This document shows positions 20,958-45,733 of a DNA stretch of 64,000 nucleotides, piece by piece; position 1 is the stretch's first letter; every line of letters starts with the position of its first letter. The notes under the pieces were generated by a model. It saw only the letters and a program-made list of their open reading frames with translations, had not been told where the DNA came from and did not search any database. The stretch is from the human T2T-CHM13v2.0 reference genome, Homo sapiens: the NCBI RefSeq assembly GCF_009914755.1, contig NC_060925.1, one strand, 5' to 3'. Made by a program: the position numbers and the translations under genes.

Positions 20958-22272
20958 TGATGCAGTGTCCTCAGAAGCAGAATGGGATTTCCACAGGCAG
21001 GTAAGGGGAGGGTGCAAAGAGAGGGCATTCCAGGCAGAGGGCGTGGCAGGAGTAAAGGCCCAGTGGTTGCAGGTGGGGGAGCACAAATGGCCTGGGGTGG
21101 TGGGACTCCAAGATGGATGTGTATTGGGAGGGGAGACAATAGCAGGAGAGGCAGCATAAATCTAAAACCTGTCATCCCTACAGCCCTAGTTGGTGGCTCC
21201 TTGGCCATCAGCAAACAGGGTAAACTCAGGTAACCAGGGAGGCAGCGTGACTCTGGGCAGGGAGAGGTGTCCTGATCAGCCAAGCAGCTCCTCAAATATT
21301 TGTGCAGCACAGACCATGCACAAGGTGGGGCCATGGGAGAACCCGCAGAACCAAGGCTCCTGCCCAGGTGAAGCTGTTGCACTTCAAAGCCAGAAAGCCC
21401 TTAGGTGCCAGTCCTCTCCCTGTACCGATGAGGAAAAGGAGGTGATTCTTTCCACAACCCCGCCCATCATGAGTCAGGACTTAGAAATAAACAAACACCA
21501 GCTCGGAGCAACAAAAGCCCTGGGGCTTTGTAACCAGAGAGACCTCAGTTCACATTTGAACCCTGGCCCTCCAACCTCCCTGCTGTGTGACCTTGGCCTG
21601 GTTACTCAACCTCTCTTAGTTTCAGCTGTCTCATCTGTTATTGCCCCATAACAGGGCCCCTGTCTCAGAGCTGTCCTGAGGATTAAAGAGATCATGCAGT
21701 GCCAGGCACCTAACTGGGGATGGATTCTTTATAGCTGGTATTTTAATCTACCTCTCTGAGTGTGTTTCGTCATTGATCAAATGTGGGCCAAGCCAGGGCA
21801 TATGCAAAGCTCAGTACATGTGTGTTTCTTCCTTCTTCTATTTTCAGAAGGGTAAAGAGGACTGTCCTGGTCACACCATGGGCCAGTGGCACATAGTAGG
21901 GCTAAATAAATGTGTCACTTTATCCATCAGAGTTAAAGAGAATTGCCCAGGTCACCCACTGAGTCAAGAATTTGACGCTGGTGCTCTTTTCTCTGTGTTA
22001 CAGGTGGGCACTGTATGCAGTTTGGTGCCTGTGAGGTAGGCAGCACACAGTAGGTGCTTAATGAATGCATGTGCATGGAGAGAATGAATAACCCTATTAA
22101 GCAAGTGACTGTCAGCATGGCTGGCCAGGAAGCTGGGAGCAGACAACGTTAACATGGAGGCAGAGGTCTGAGGGACAGTGGGAGCCTTGAACCCTCCTCA
22201 TGTCTCTATCGCCAACTGCCAGCTTCAAGGGAGCCCCACAGGGCACTGGCCCCAGGCCCTCCAGTTCTTTAC

Positions 22273-22324
22273 CTTCCCCTCCAGGGTGGGCTTTGGATTC
22301 AGCAGCAGTGTAGCCATTCTCTCC
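22273..22324 (-). CDS. LDLRAD1: LDLRAD1 coding exon 2 (GENGYTAAESKAHPGGE)
   Basis: 52 nt, GGCAG| acceptor, G|GTAAAG donor; phase 0 to 1, in frame with both neighbours. Confidence 0.88.
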
Positions 22325-22862
22325 CTGCCCAAGAGAACAGAGTGAGGGGTGGGCTTAGGTGAGGTGAGCTCCAGCCTCAGGGAGGCAGACAACAGGGTTT
22401 TCAGAGGGGTCACTGAGAGAGTCTTAGGTAGAACCACGGGTCCGTCACACCCCAGCATCTCACGCCCCAGATGCATCATGCCCGCTTCATATGTCCACAC
22501 CTTTGCCTGCACTGTGCCCTCTGCCTGGAAAGCCTTTTTCTCTGCTGTCCACCTGATAAATATTCATCCTTCAAACCGGCTTGGGCAGCGACTCCTGGGT
22601 GAGGCTTTCCCTGATACCCTCCTCCCCAGTAAAACTGGCCGCTCTTCCCTCCTGTCCACCTGGCTCCTCTGTTTCCATACCAGCACTTGCCACCTGGACT
22701 GTATTGCTGGGTCATTGGTAGGGTCCCCTACACCCTGGGAGTGAGCCCCGGGGCAGGACGGGGGCTGATTTTCCTCCGTGTCTCCCATGTATGCCCACTC
22801 TCTACTGCCCACTCCTCATCCCAAGGTTTGCTCTCCCAAGATCAGGAGCCTGGTCAGGGCGG

Positions 22863-22998
22863 CTCTTACCTGGGGACAGCTCTTACTTGGAGACAACTCT
22901 TACCTGGGGACAGCTCTCACCTGGGGACAGCTCTCACTTGGGGACAGCTCTTACTTGGAGACAACTCTCACCTGGGGACAGCTCTCACCTGGGGGAAG
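22863..22998. repeat. 17-bp minisatellite, 8 units, overlapping the LDLRAD1 exon 1/intron 1 boundary
   Basis: Units CTCTYACYTGGRGACAR start at 22863, 22880, 22897, 22914, 22931, 22948, 22965 and 22982. Confidence 0.97.
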
Positions 22999-23009
22999 AC
23001 CTTGTTCAT
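22989..23009 (-). CDS. LDLRAD1: LDLRAD1 coding exon 1 (MNKVFPQ)
   Basis: ATG at 23009-23007, then 7 codons and a CAG|GTGAGA donor; phase 0; matches the recalled LDLRAD1 N-terminus. Confidence 0.88.
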
Positions 23010-24091
23010 GTCTTCGGTTTCCTGCTGCCCGACTGGGGCTGTGTGCAGAGAGCTCAGCACGGGTTCCCTGCATTGTCACCAAGGCCAACCTGGAGGAGGG
23101 ACAAGCAGGAGGCCTTGCCCGGGCCACACCCTCCCTGTGGGCAGGCCCCTGTCAGCTGCCTTCCAAGCAGAGGCAAAGGCAGGAGGGCCCCTCTCCGGCC
23201 AGGCTATTCCCTCATCTGCCATCTGACAGCAACATTGCGAGGCTGGAATCCTCATCCCTATTCCACAGATGAAGAGCCAGAGGTTCAGAGAGGGAGAAAC
23301 TGCCCCAAGTCTCACAGTGCATGGGAGGAGTGAAACCCAGAAACTTTTCAGAAAGTGCATTTTCCTCCACATCAGAGATGGAACCGGAGGAGCTCAGGTT
23401 CCAGGGGTATGAAGATGCAGGCAGAAACTCCCAGAATTGACGTTTCGGTGGCTAGAAAGTAGGGGTCATTTTCTCATTGATGTTCTTCTGTTCAACTACA
23501 TAGGTGACCTAGATTGAAAGAATATGCATTTTCCACTAAAATTATAAAGCAAATATAATTTTAAATTGTTTCATTTAGAAACGTGGCAATGTGAATTTTT
23601 ACTGCCCCTGAGGTGGTGCTGAGGTAGGGAAGAGGCGGGGGGCTGGTTGCTTGCGTGAACAACCCCTTCTATGTCCCCAGTGAGTGGGTTTCCCTAGCAG
23701 CCTGTCCCACTGCTGAGTAAACCAAGGCCCTGGAATCTTGAGGGACAGGTCCAAGGACCCGGACCAAGGGAGGAGAGGTGTCTACCTCCAGAAATGAGCT
23801 CAGGAGTTCTTGCACCTGCCTCTGATGCCCATAGATTTTCCAACCTGCAATCAGCCTTTTCTTTTGCATTGGGAAATAAAATGATGAATCCACGTGGGTG
23901 CAAGTAGGAGGCACAGACACAGGGGCAGCCCTTGGGAGGCAGCAAGTAACATTGTGAAGAGCTGAGCCCTAGGCCGGGAGAACAGGACTCTCATTAGGGC
24001 CCTACCACTGGCTCTGACGGGTGACTCACTCCCCTTCCCTGCGCCTCAGTTCCTTCATCCAGAAAATAAAGATATAAGCTAGATGAAGGGG

Positions 24092-24846
<755 letters not shown>

Positions 24847-25004
24847 AAGACACTAACTAGATTTTATCTGGCATGTCAGCTGCAATTGATTGCAAAAGGC
24901 TCTCTGGAACATGGGCCTCAGAAGGATTCTGAGGTCAGAACTGTGATTGACTAGTGATGCCTGCCATGGGTGTAAGAGTGGAGAGGGGTATCAGACATGA
25001 TGGC

Positions 25005-25364
25005 TTTCACTCGCATCCGTGTGAAGAGACCACCAAACAGGATTTATGTGAGCAATAAAGCTGTTTATTTCACCTGGGTGCAGGTGGGCTGAGTCCGAAA
25101 AGAGTCAGCGAAGGGAGATAAGGGTGGGGCCGTTTTATAGGATTTGGGTAGATAAAGGAAAATTACAGTCAAAGGGGGGTTGTTCTCTGGCGGGCAGAGT
25201 GGGGGTCACAAGGTGCTCAGTAGGGGAGCTTTTGAGCCAGGATGAGCCAGGAGAAGGAATTTCACAAGACAGTGTCATCAGTTAAGGCAGGAACCGGTCA
25301 TCTGGATGTATACGTGCAGGTCACAGGGGATATGATGGCTTAGCTTGGGCTCAGAGGCCTGACA
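25005..25364 (-). mobile_element. HERV-H solo LTR (LTR7 family, 360 bp)
   Basis: TGTCAGGCCTCTGAGCCCAAGCTAAGCC...GTCTCTTCACACGGATGCGAGTGAAA on the - strand; TATAAAA at 25139-25133; 5-bp TSD ATGGC/ATGAC. Confidence 0.93.
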
Positions 25365-26104
25365 ATGACCATTTGCCATTCCTGGACATATTAATGCCCT
25401 TCAGCCTCTGGCCTTCCTTGACTCCGTGATTCTTAAGTGTTCCTTTATAAAAAGACTCCCCGGGGCTTTGAAATGCCCTTTCATCTGCTGAGTCCAGGTA
25501 CAGCCACATACAACTATGCTGAAAGCACTGCGTCTCTCCAGGGCTCAGGCTGTCACCAAGAACCCTTGAGGGAAGGGCAGCAGGGGGCCTGGTGACATGA
25601 AGGACAGGCCCTGGTGCCTCAATCCTTGAACTTCCTGGAATCATATCCCCTGCAATTCACAGTCTCACTCTCAAGGGGAGGGCATGGATGGAAGGGAGGC
25701 AGATATTATTTATTGAGCAGCTACTATGCTCCAGGCACTACACCAGCCACCTTACACACGCCCTCTCCCTTGATCCTCACAACAACTCTGAAAGATAGGT
25801 AATATTATTACACCCACTAGACAGATGCAGAAACTGGGTTCAGAGAGGTTAAGTAACTTGCCAAAGCCACACAGTGGGTAAACAGCAGAGCAGAGATTTT
25901 AACCCAGGTCAGTTTTGCCTCCAAGCAGAGTTGATTCACACTCCCTCCCTTGTGGATGAGAATTTCTGTTGATCACATCTCTGTCAACACTTAGTACCAT
26001 CAGACTTTTTGATTTCCTCCAGCCTGACAACTGTGAAATACCATCAGTGGCTCGCCGCCTTTAGGATTTGCAGTCCTCTTTTGCTTAACCTCAGATGTGT
26101 CTCA

Positions 26105-27772
<1,668 letters not shown>

Positions 27773-28631
27773 GAAATACGGAAAGGTAGGAAGAATAATG
27801 TAACAAATAATCACGAATCCGAGTTAACAAGTGTTAACATGTAATCAGTTTTGCTTCACATTTTTTTCTGTTAAGTACAGCACAATTGAGGGCCTCTGTT
27901 TTTTTCCCCAGTTGTATTTCTTCTCCTCCCTTTCCAGAGTTGATCAGTTTCCTGAGTATGGCATGTATTCTTTGGTAACTGGTTTGTATATTTTTAACAT
28001 ATGGGTATATATGCATGAAAAATACGTAGTGCTGCCTTTATGGCTTTTTAAAAACATTGATAAAATTTAAAAATCAATATCATTTTAGTGTACATATCTC
28101 TATTGTTCTTTACACACACACACACACATCTAGTGTACATATCTCTCCTGCTCTTTACACACACACACACATACACACACATACACCTAGAATCAGTGTA
28201 GAAGCATCTTCAATTTCTCCAGATCTTGTGAAACTGCTCTGCAAAGGGAGTGACCTTGCACTCCCATCAGTAGTATGTGAGAGCTCCTGTCTCCCCAGTC
28301 TCACCAGCTCTTGAAATTGCCAGACTTCCTGACACCTGCCAGTCTGGTAGGTGTGGAATTGTATGTGGTTTAACTTTCACTCCTCTAGTTAGTCCTACTG
28401 CTACTACCAATTGCTAACATTTATAGAGTTCTTTACTTTTGTCACATACTATACTACATGCTTTATGTATATTCACTCATCTCGTCCTCCATAGGAGATG
28501 GGGACTATTATTTCCATTTTACACATGAGAAAACTGAGGCACAGAGACATGAAGTTACTTGCCCACGGTTCACACCCACAAAGTGGCAGAGCCAGAATTC
28601 AGACCTGGCTGGCTGAATTCACTCTTATCCT

Positions 28632-28793
28632 CACCACTCAAAAGTGTGGCCAGCGGATCAGCAGCACCCACATCACCTGGGAGCTGGTTAGAGATGCAGA
28701 TTCCCAGGGCTCCCCAGACCTACCACACCAGAATCTCCATATTGACAAAATGCCCAGGAGATTCGAAAGCACATTACTTTGGAAAAGCACCGC
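28632..28793. mobile_element. MER5A (hAT-Charlie MITE)
   Basis: CAGCAGCACCCACATCACCTGGGAGCTGGTTAGAGATGCAGATTC core. Confidence 0.75.
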
Positions 28794-29588
28794 CCTACCC
28801 TATGTCGTTATGCAGCTCCTTTTAAAATATACAAGTGGATTTCCTCCCTCGTGAATTGCCTTTTCATATCTGTTGCCCATTTTTCTATGGGTGGTTTGTC
28901 TTTTCTTTATTGATTTATGAATTTCTTTATGATGGATTTGAATCATTTGTTATATGGGTTGTAAATATCTCTCCCAGTCTGTGGCTTGTCACTTCTTAGG
29001 ATGACTTCTGCTGGCTCCTTCTACCTTTCTAAATCCATCGTTCTTGCCAGAAGCCTTCTTTGCCTTTGCCTATACCTATATTCTTTATGCTCTGGGTCTC
29101 CATCTTAGCCTGGCTGTGGCTAAGGGAGAGTCACTGGACACGAGGTCAGCAAACCCCAGCTTGAGTCAGACAGACCTGGGTTTTCATCCTGACTCTGCCA
29201 AATTGAGACCTATCTAATTTAAGGTGGCAAGCTGCAGACTCTCTCAGTATCAGTTTCCTCATTTGAAAAATGGGGATAAGAATATTTAATTCAGAGTGGT
29301 GGCTGGAATGAAGTGAGTACACATATGAGAAGAGTGCTCTGCACCCTTTAAGGGTGGAATATTGTTTCTGGATGCCTTGGTCTGTTTCCAATTATGGAGA
29401 TTGACCTAGGGACCTGCGAGATCTGCTTCTAGACCTGCCTATTGGTGAGGCCCAGTCTCTGCTTCAGCATAGATCACTCCTTCCCTATCCCTCCCACAAC
29501 TCTGGGATCCTGGCTGGCTGCCTCCCCTCTCTGTTTACTCAACTGTACAATATACATGTTAAACCCCATCCTGTTTTCCAAGATGGAT

Positions 29589-31450
<1,862 letters not shown>

Positions 31451-31917
31451 CTAGATGGATGTTATAAGAATCCATTTAAGGTGATAGGTGAGAGTGCTAC
31501 AAAGGGCTTTGCAAATGTCATGGGGAATCAACAAACCCACCCCATTGTGAATTACCTAAGTAGACACTTTTACAAGATAGCATTATTTTTTAATGCAGAT
31601 GATCCAAGTTTTATTAAAGTTTACATACTTAAGCATAAATAAATTAACAGATTTGTAGCACCAATAATGGTGGCATGATGGTACACCTGGAGGTAACATT
31701 ATCAAGAGCTTTTGTTGAAACCTTTCATTTTCAATCAGGTGCTGATTTTTTTCCACCCAAGTCTTCAATTATTACTGTTCTAACACTGCAAAAACCATTC
31801 AAGCACAAAAAAGCATGCAAGAGGCAGTAAAATAAGCCCAAATAATTGAGAATTGAACAAGAAAACAAAATAATTTACTCTTAAAATGACAAAAGTAAAA
31901 TTAAGACAACCTCTAAA

Positions 31918-32340
31918 CCAGGGGTCTGGTGAACTTGGATGGGAAAAATTTTAAATCTTTCTTTTCACCAACTTCTAACTGAAATATAACATTTCCTTCA
32001 ATTACGAATATAGGAAACAGTCCACAGTAGGATCAGAGTACCTGTGACTTTGTCACCAATAGAAATGAGACATTTAGATATATTACAGTTGTTAGATATT
32101 TCAAGATATGAATTTGAATTATAGTAATTTTAGAACCACCATGCAGTCTTATTTTGTGTTAACAGAATATGTATGTTACTGGATCATAAAACTTTGAAAA
32201 TATCAACTTTATTTTAACATGATCAGTTTCCTTTGCGATCCTTTATATTTAGTTTTATGCTTTGAAAACATTACTATGAGAGGGGGTCCACAGGCTTCAC
32301 TGGATCACTAAAAAGCTCAATGGCACAAAAAAGTTTGAAA
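31918..32340. mobile_element. hAT-Charlie-type DNA transposon remnant (Charlie4a-like)
   Basis: Resembles the recalled consensus (GAACTTGGATGGGAAAAA...GTACCTGTGACTTTGTCACCAATAGAAAT...GGGGTCCA). Confidence 0.5.
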
Positions 32341-32388
32341 CAAATAAGTCATTAATATCACAGGAAGAGAGTACTTAATAGTGAAATA

Positions 32389-36156
<3,768 letters not shown>

Positions 36157-36592
36157 AGATTCTGGTGTATTATTATTATGACCTGATATCATTCTAATAT
36201 TAAGCTCTGTATTATTGCAGGTAAAAATAAAACGAGTTTTTGCCAAGTAAAATTTATACTTAATTCTGTATCACAAGAGTCTAATTTTTAGTGTTAAAAT
36301 GAAGTTTTCTCTGAAAATATGTTTACCTTATACTTGATATGCTATCTAACAGAGAAAAATAGTTCTTTGGAAACACTCATCAAACAAAAACCTATAGCCT
36401 GTGCAAAATAACATCAAATGTACTGCTGAGAGATCAGTTTTGCATCAAAATGGTCCCTGACCATCACATTATAAAGCAATAGCAATAAACACAGAACATT
36501 TCATAATTCTTATCTAGGTTGGGCAGGAATAGGAGGGAAGGTCTAGAAAAATCAGATACTCAAATTTCAGCACATAATTATTCAAATAAAAT

Positions 36593-36940
36593 TTTAATGA
36601 TTTCAGTTCCTGAAAATGTAGTGTCATTAAAGGTCATTTCCTGCTAAATTTCAAATTACAGATTTGTGGGCCATTCCTGAGCAGAAGCATCATTTCTACT
36701 AAATATTCAGCTTGTTAACTAAGGTAACTGACAGTATCATGGCAGGAGGTGAGAAGGAGCAATGATCAGCTCATAGCTAAGAAAAGGGAAAAAAACAATA
36801 ACCAAAGCAAAAAACAAAATAGCTACAGATATTAGTAAAATAATAATACAATCCCAAACATCCACCTCTTAAATTACTACAAAAACAATACCAATAAAGT
36901 TATAGCAAATACAGTCTTCACAGATTTGAGTAACTTTATT
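36593..36940 (-). terminator. TMEM59: Candidate proximal TMEM59 poly(A) signals: AATAAA (36940-36935) and ATTAAA (36598-36593)
   Basis: Hexamers on the - strand in AU-rich, repeat-free sequence about 0.1 and 0.45 kb past the stop codon. Confidence 0.6.
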
Positions 36941-37051
36941 TGCATTTTATAGTGATTTCTTAAGGCCTATATCCAATGAAACCATTTTAAAAGCTCTATG
37001 AGGAGTGGAATTTTAGATGTCTATTACACTTGTCTTTTAAAAGAAAAATGC

Positions 37052-37207
37052 TTAAATTTCAGAATGAGCAAGATTCACTTTTGTAGGTAGAGGCCCTGCT
37101 TCTTCATGATCTTCAGTTTTAGATCTAACAACCACAAGAGAAGAAGCTGGATATCTGTTTAGCTTTTGTTCATTCATAAACTCCAAGTCACCATAGATAC
37201 TCAGCTT
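37052..37207 (-). CDS. TMEM59: TMEM59 coding exon 8 (cytosolic tail KLSIYGDL...AHSEI, stop)
   Basis: TGCAG| acceptor, TAA at 37054-37052; the eight exons sum to 972 nt = 323 aa + stop. Confidence 0.96.
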   Translation of the reverse strand, partial: KLSIYGDLEFMNEQKLNRYPASSLVVVRSKTEDHEEAGPLPTKVNLAHSEI

Positions 37208-37825
37208 CTGCAAAAGAAAACCAATGTACATTAGTAGTCTGGATAATTAGGAACCTCTCCAAGTTAGTCTTTAAATAACAATTTAATTTATAAATAGTTG
37301 GTAAAAAAAATTCTATAAACAACTTTAAGAAAGAAGAATACTTTTTCTCAAAGTGTTGTAGATATGTGATTCAGCTCCCAATGGATGGCCAAAGAAAGCT
37401 GTTCCACGTCTCAAGTTAAAATCCTCAGGAGTATAACAATTGGGTATCAAGAAAAACAGCTATGGATGCCTTAAGTGATCAAGTCCTTCAACATCTTAGC
37501 TCTCCTACCAAGTGGTAAAATAATTTGGTGCAAGTTTTTCTGCTCCTAAATGTTTTAGCTTAACATGTATGGAAAATGATAGATGCTATTTGAAAAGGCT
37601 GCGAGAACAAAGAATATGCATGAAATGCTCTCACACTGATAGAAGGGTCTTCATAAATATATAAAGTTCCTTAATTGTTAATACCATATACAAGAAGACA
37701 CTAAAAGAATGAAAGCATAAAACAGAATCACTGCAAATGTCATAAAACTCATTGGAGAATAATAGTAATATCTAGCATCTTTTGAGAGTAGGTAGACTTA
37801 GATATATGTATGAATGTCTCTGTCT

Positions 37826-41189
<3,364 letters not shown>

Positions 41190-41505
41190 GTCTTCTTTCC
41201 CATATATCCCCTAGAAACTGATGTCAACAGGTCTTTTCAGTCTTAGAGAGTCAGAAAGAGACACCGTTCTCAAGCCAGTCAACATATATGTCACCACGGT
41301 AGTTAGCATCACAGAAAGCTGAGAACAACAATTCTTGTGCTGCAAACCTGTAATTTTTATGTGTGCCAACCTCTACCACATTAAAACCACCACATCTTCT
41401 CTCTTTCTATTAGTAGAAAGGCCTTGTTTTTCCAGCTAAACAAATAAGGTGTTTAAAATGATATATCACAGGGCTCAGTCTTCAAATGGTAAGAATTAAA
41501 TTTAC

Positions 41506-41614
41506 CTCAGAGGGAACATACTGCTCCACAGCTGTAGCAACAGTTGCACAACAAATCCAAAGCAATACCATCACCGAGAGGACAAGAGTTGTAGTTAAAA
41601 TCCACCCAGAGTTA
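41506..41614 (-). CDS. TMEM59: TMEM59 coding exon 7 (transmembrane helix; NSGWILTTTLVLSVMVLLWICCATVATAVEQYVPSE)
   Basis: 109 nt, poly-T CCAG| acceptor, GAG|GTAAAT donor. Confidence 0.96.
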
Positions 41615-43759
41615 CTGGAAAAAAAAAATCAACAATTAGTTATATTAAAATTTTATAAGAAACAGGAAATTCTTAATTAGTCAACCTTATGTACTTAGCT
41701 CAACAGTACAATTAAAACTTTGTTGGTTATCTTTGAAACTATTAAAAAACATACTTACAGAAGGAAATATTATACTAATAGCTATTACATTAGGTTGGCA
41801 TAAAGTCTTTTTCCTCCACTTCTAATGTTTCTGTAACATGGCTATATCACTTTTGTAATAATAATAAAATCAGATATACTTGACTTTCTGCTAAATATAT
41901 AAGGCAAGTGAAAGTGTCCTGTAAATTGTACACTGTTGTACAAATGTCATATATTATTTTGCAAGTTATTACGATACTTGCTTTAAGAAAACCAATATAC
42001 CAAAAAGTTAAGGTATAGAATAGGTAAATTTAAAATGATCATTTGTTTTATAAAAGAATTCACACCAGGCTTCCAGAAGTCAGTTTCCCTAGAATACTTT
42101 ACATATTCAATTTGCCATAATTTACTTATACTTCAATTTAAAAAAGCACAGCTATTATAAGGCATTCTGTAACCATTACAGCATATCTCAGTAAAGAGAT
42201 AGTTATATTTTCCTTATAATTAAAATATCTTAAGACAGAAGGCCAGTTATGAGAATCAGCAATTAGAGATTTTTTATTTATTTTTATTTATTTTGAATTT
42301 TTATAGAGACAAGCTCTCACTATATTGCCCAGGCTGGCCTTGAACTCATGGGCGCAAGCCATTCTCCCACCTGGAGTTTTTTTCATAATTGACCTATTAA
42401 GATTCAAAGAATAGGAAAAAGTCAAGCCATTTTTAAATAATTAAAAGTCTAACTCTGACAAACTGTGTAATACAGATACTCCCTAATTTTCACATCTCTG
42501 CTCATCCAACACTGCCTAGTAAGAGATCTATACTTACCACCCTAATCACTCACTTGATAGTTTGCCAAGACTTGAACATGCAGTAAGCACAGTCATTGTT
42601 TGTCTGCCAGCAAAAGAGGTGGACTTTGGAGAATGTATTGTATCTAAAAGCAGGGAACTCCCATATGATTCTTTAAGTATCCAATTTAGAAAGATAATAG
42701 AGTAAAATATGTTTTTAATGAACAAATACCCACTTTCCTCTCCATGTTCCAGCCCTAAGTAACCTGAGTACTAAGGAATTTACCACAAAATGAGGATATA
42801 TTTGATATCTAGATTCCAGTAGCAACTACCTAAGCCAGAAAACTGGGGCTCATCCCTTCAATCTCCACAACAAAACAATGACTAGATCCTACAGATTTTC
42901 AACTATCTCCATTATCTCCTGTTCTTATCTACTGCCCTAATCCAGACCTCATAATTTCTTCCCTGATTTACCAAAGTTCTCCAACCTGGTCCTCTAATCT
43001 ATCCTTCACATAGAAGCCTCTTCTTGACACTTATGTTCCTGATTCTCTCTATTCCTGTTTTCCCAGTTCAGTCAAATTTCTGACTCTCCTTATCCTCCAT
43101 ATATAGTAATGTACCCTATACACATTGAGCAGGAGGCCAGTATATCTGAAAAAAAAATTTTAAGTAAATCTTCTGCTATAACTAGCAAAAATTTCTACTC
43201 ATCACTTGAGATATTTCTATCTCACCTGTCAATCCTCCCCTTGAAACCTCCAGTAGACTTAAATACAGTCCTTATATGCTGTGTATGAGACATGTGTAGG
43301 ACTGTGTGTGTGTATAGCAATCATTATTGTCCATGTCTGTTTAGATCTGAGAACTCCTGACATCTTTACTAGGTCTCAACTCCCTAGCACAGTGCCTGGC
43401 TCCTCAAAAAGAAATGCAAGTGAAGAAAGAGTGACCTCAATTTCCATTCTGGAGACAAGGGTGTCTCTTTAACAGCTACGACCAGATTCCAATAACTGGC
43501 TGAGTGATTCTGTATGTAATCATGGAAAAATCATGACACTTTAGGAAGTAAATAGTTACAGCAGAATAGGATGAGCAGAAGATGTACAGTTAGAAAAATT
43601 AGGTTTGAATGCTAACATAGTGACTGTATAACCTTGCGAGTAGTCAATTCACCTCTCTAAATCACCACCTACTTATCACAGGGTATTGTTCTAAAAGTCA
43701 AATGGGATCACTGAAGGGGAAAAAGCATTTAAAAAAAGAACACTTAAAAAAATAATAAA

Positions 43760-45348
<1,589 letters not shown>

Positions 45349-45651
45349 TCAGACATATGTTAAATTAAAGCTTAATTTAAATGTGTGGAGAAGCACATTC
45401 AACATAAATCAAGAGATTCTAACAAGAAAAATGCTCTTGTACTGTGAAAAAAACTACCTGCCTGGGTTTTATTCAAGTAGTATGCCTACAACCTTTTAAA
45501 CAAACTAAAATATCTAATGTACAACTTTGGAAAGGAACAAGTAAAAAGGTTTACTTTTGAGGTGCTAATTTTAAAATAATAAAAAGTAATATATCTCTCT
45601 GATACAAGCCAGATTTTATCTGTTATACACATAATAAAGAGGAATACATAC

Positions 45652-45733
45652 AGAGAGAGGCATCTTAAAAAGCCATCACTTTCTCCATCTTCAAGAAAAT
45701 TCCTGTGCGCTTGTGAATTTCTCATTTGCAGAT
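45652..45733 (-). CDS. TMEM59: TMEM59 coding exon 6 (YLQMRNSQAH...RCLS); alternative acceptor starts the exon at 45736
   Basis: 82 nt (85 with the upstream AG), CAGCAG| tandem acceptor, CT|GTATGT donor. Confidence 0.94.

Noticed and set aside
22863-22998. Regular short repeat as a CRISPR array, and the overlapping 164-180 aa + strand ORFs
   Set aside because: Head-to-tail units without spacers in eukaryotic DNA; the ORFs are by-products of the repeat, antisense to LDLRAD1
28086-28190. Tandem duplication of about 45 bp containing (CA)n
   Set aside because: Ordinary microsatellite-associated slippage
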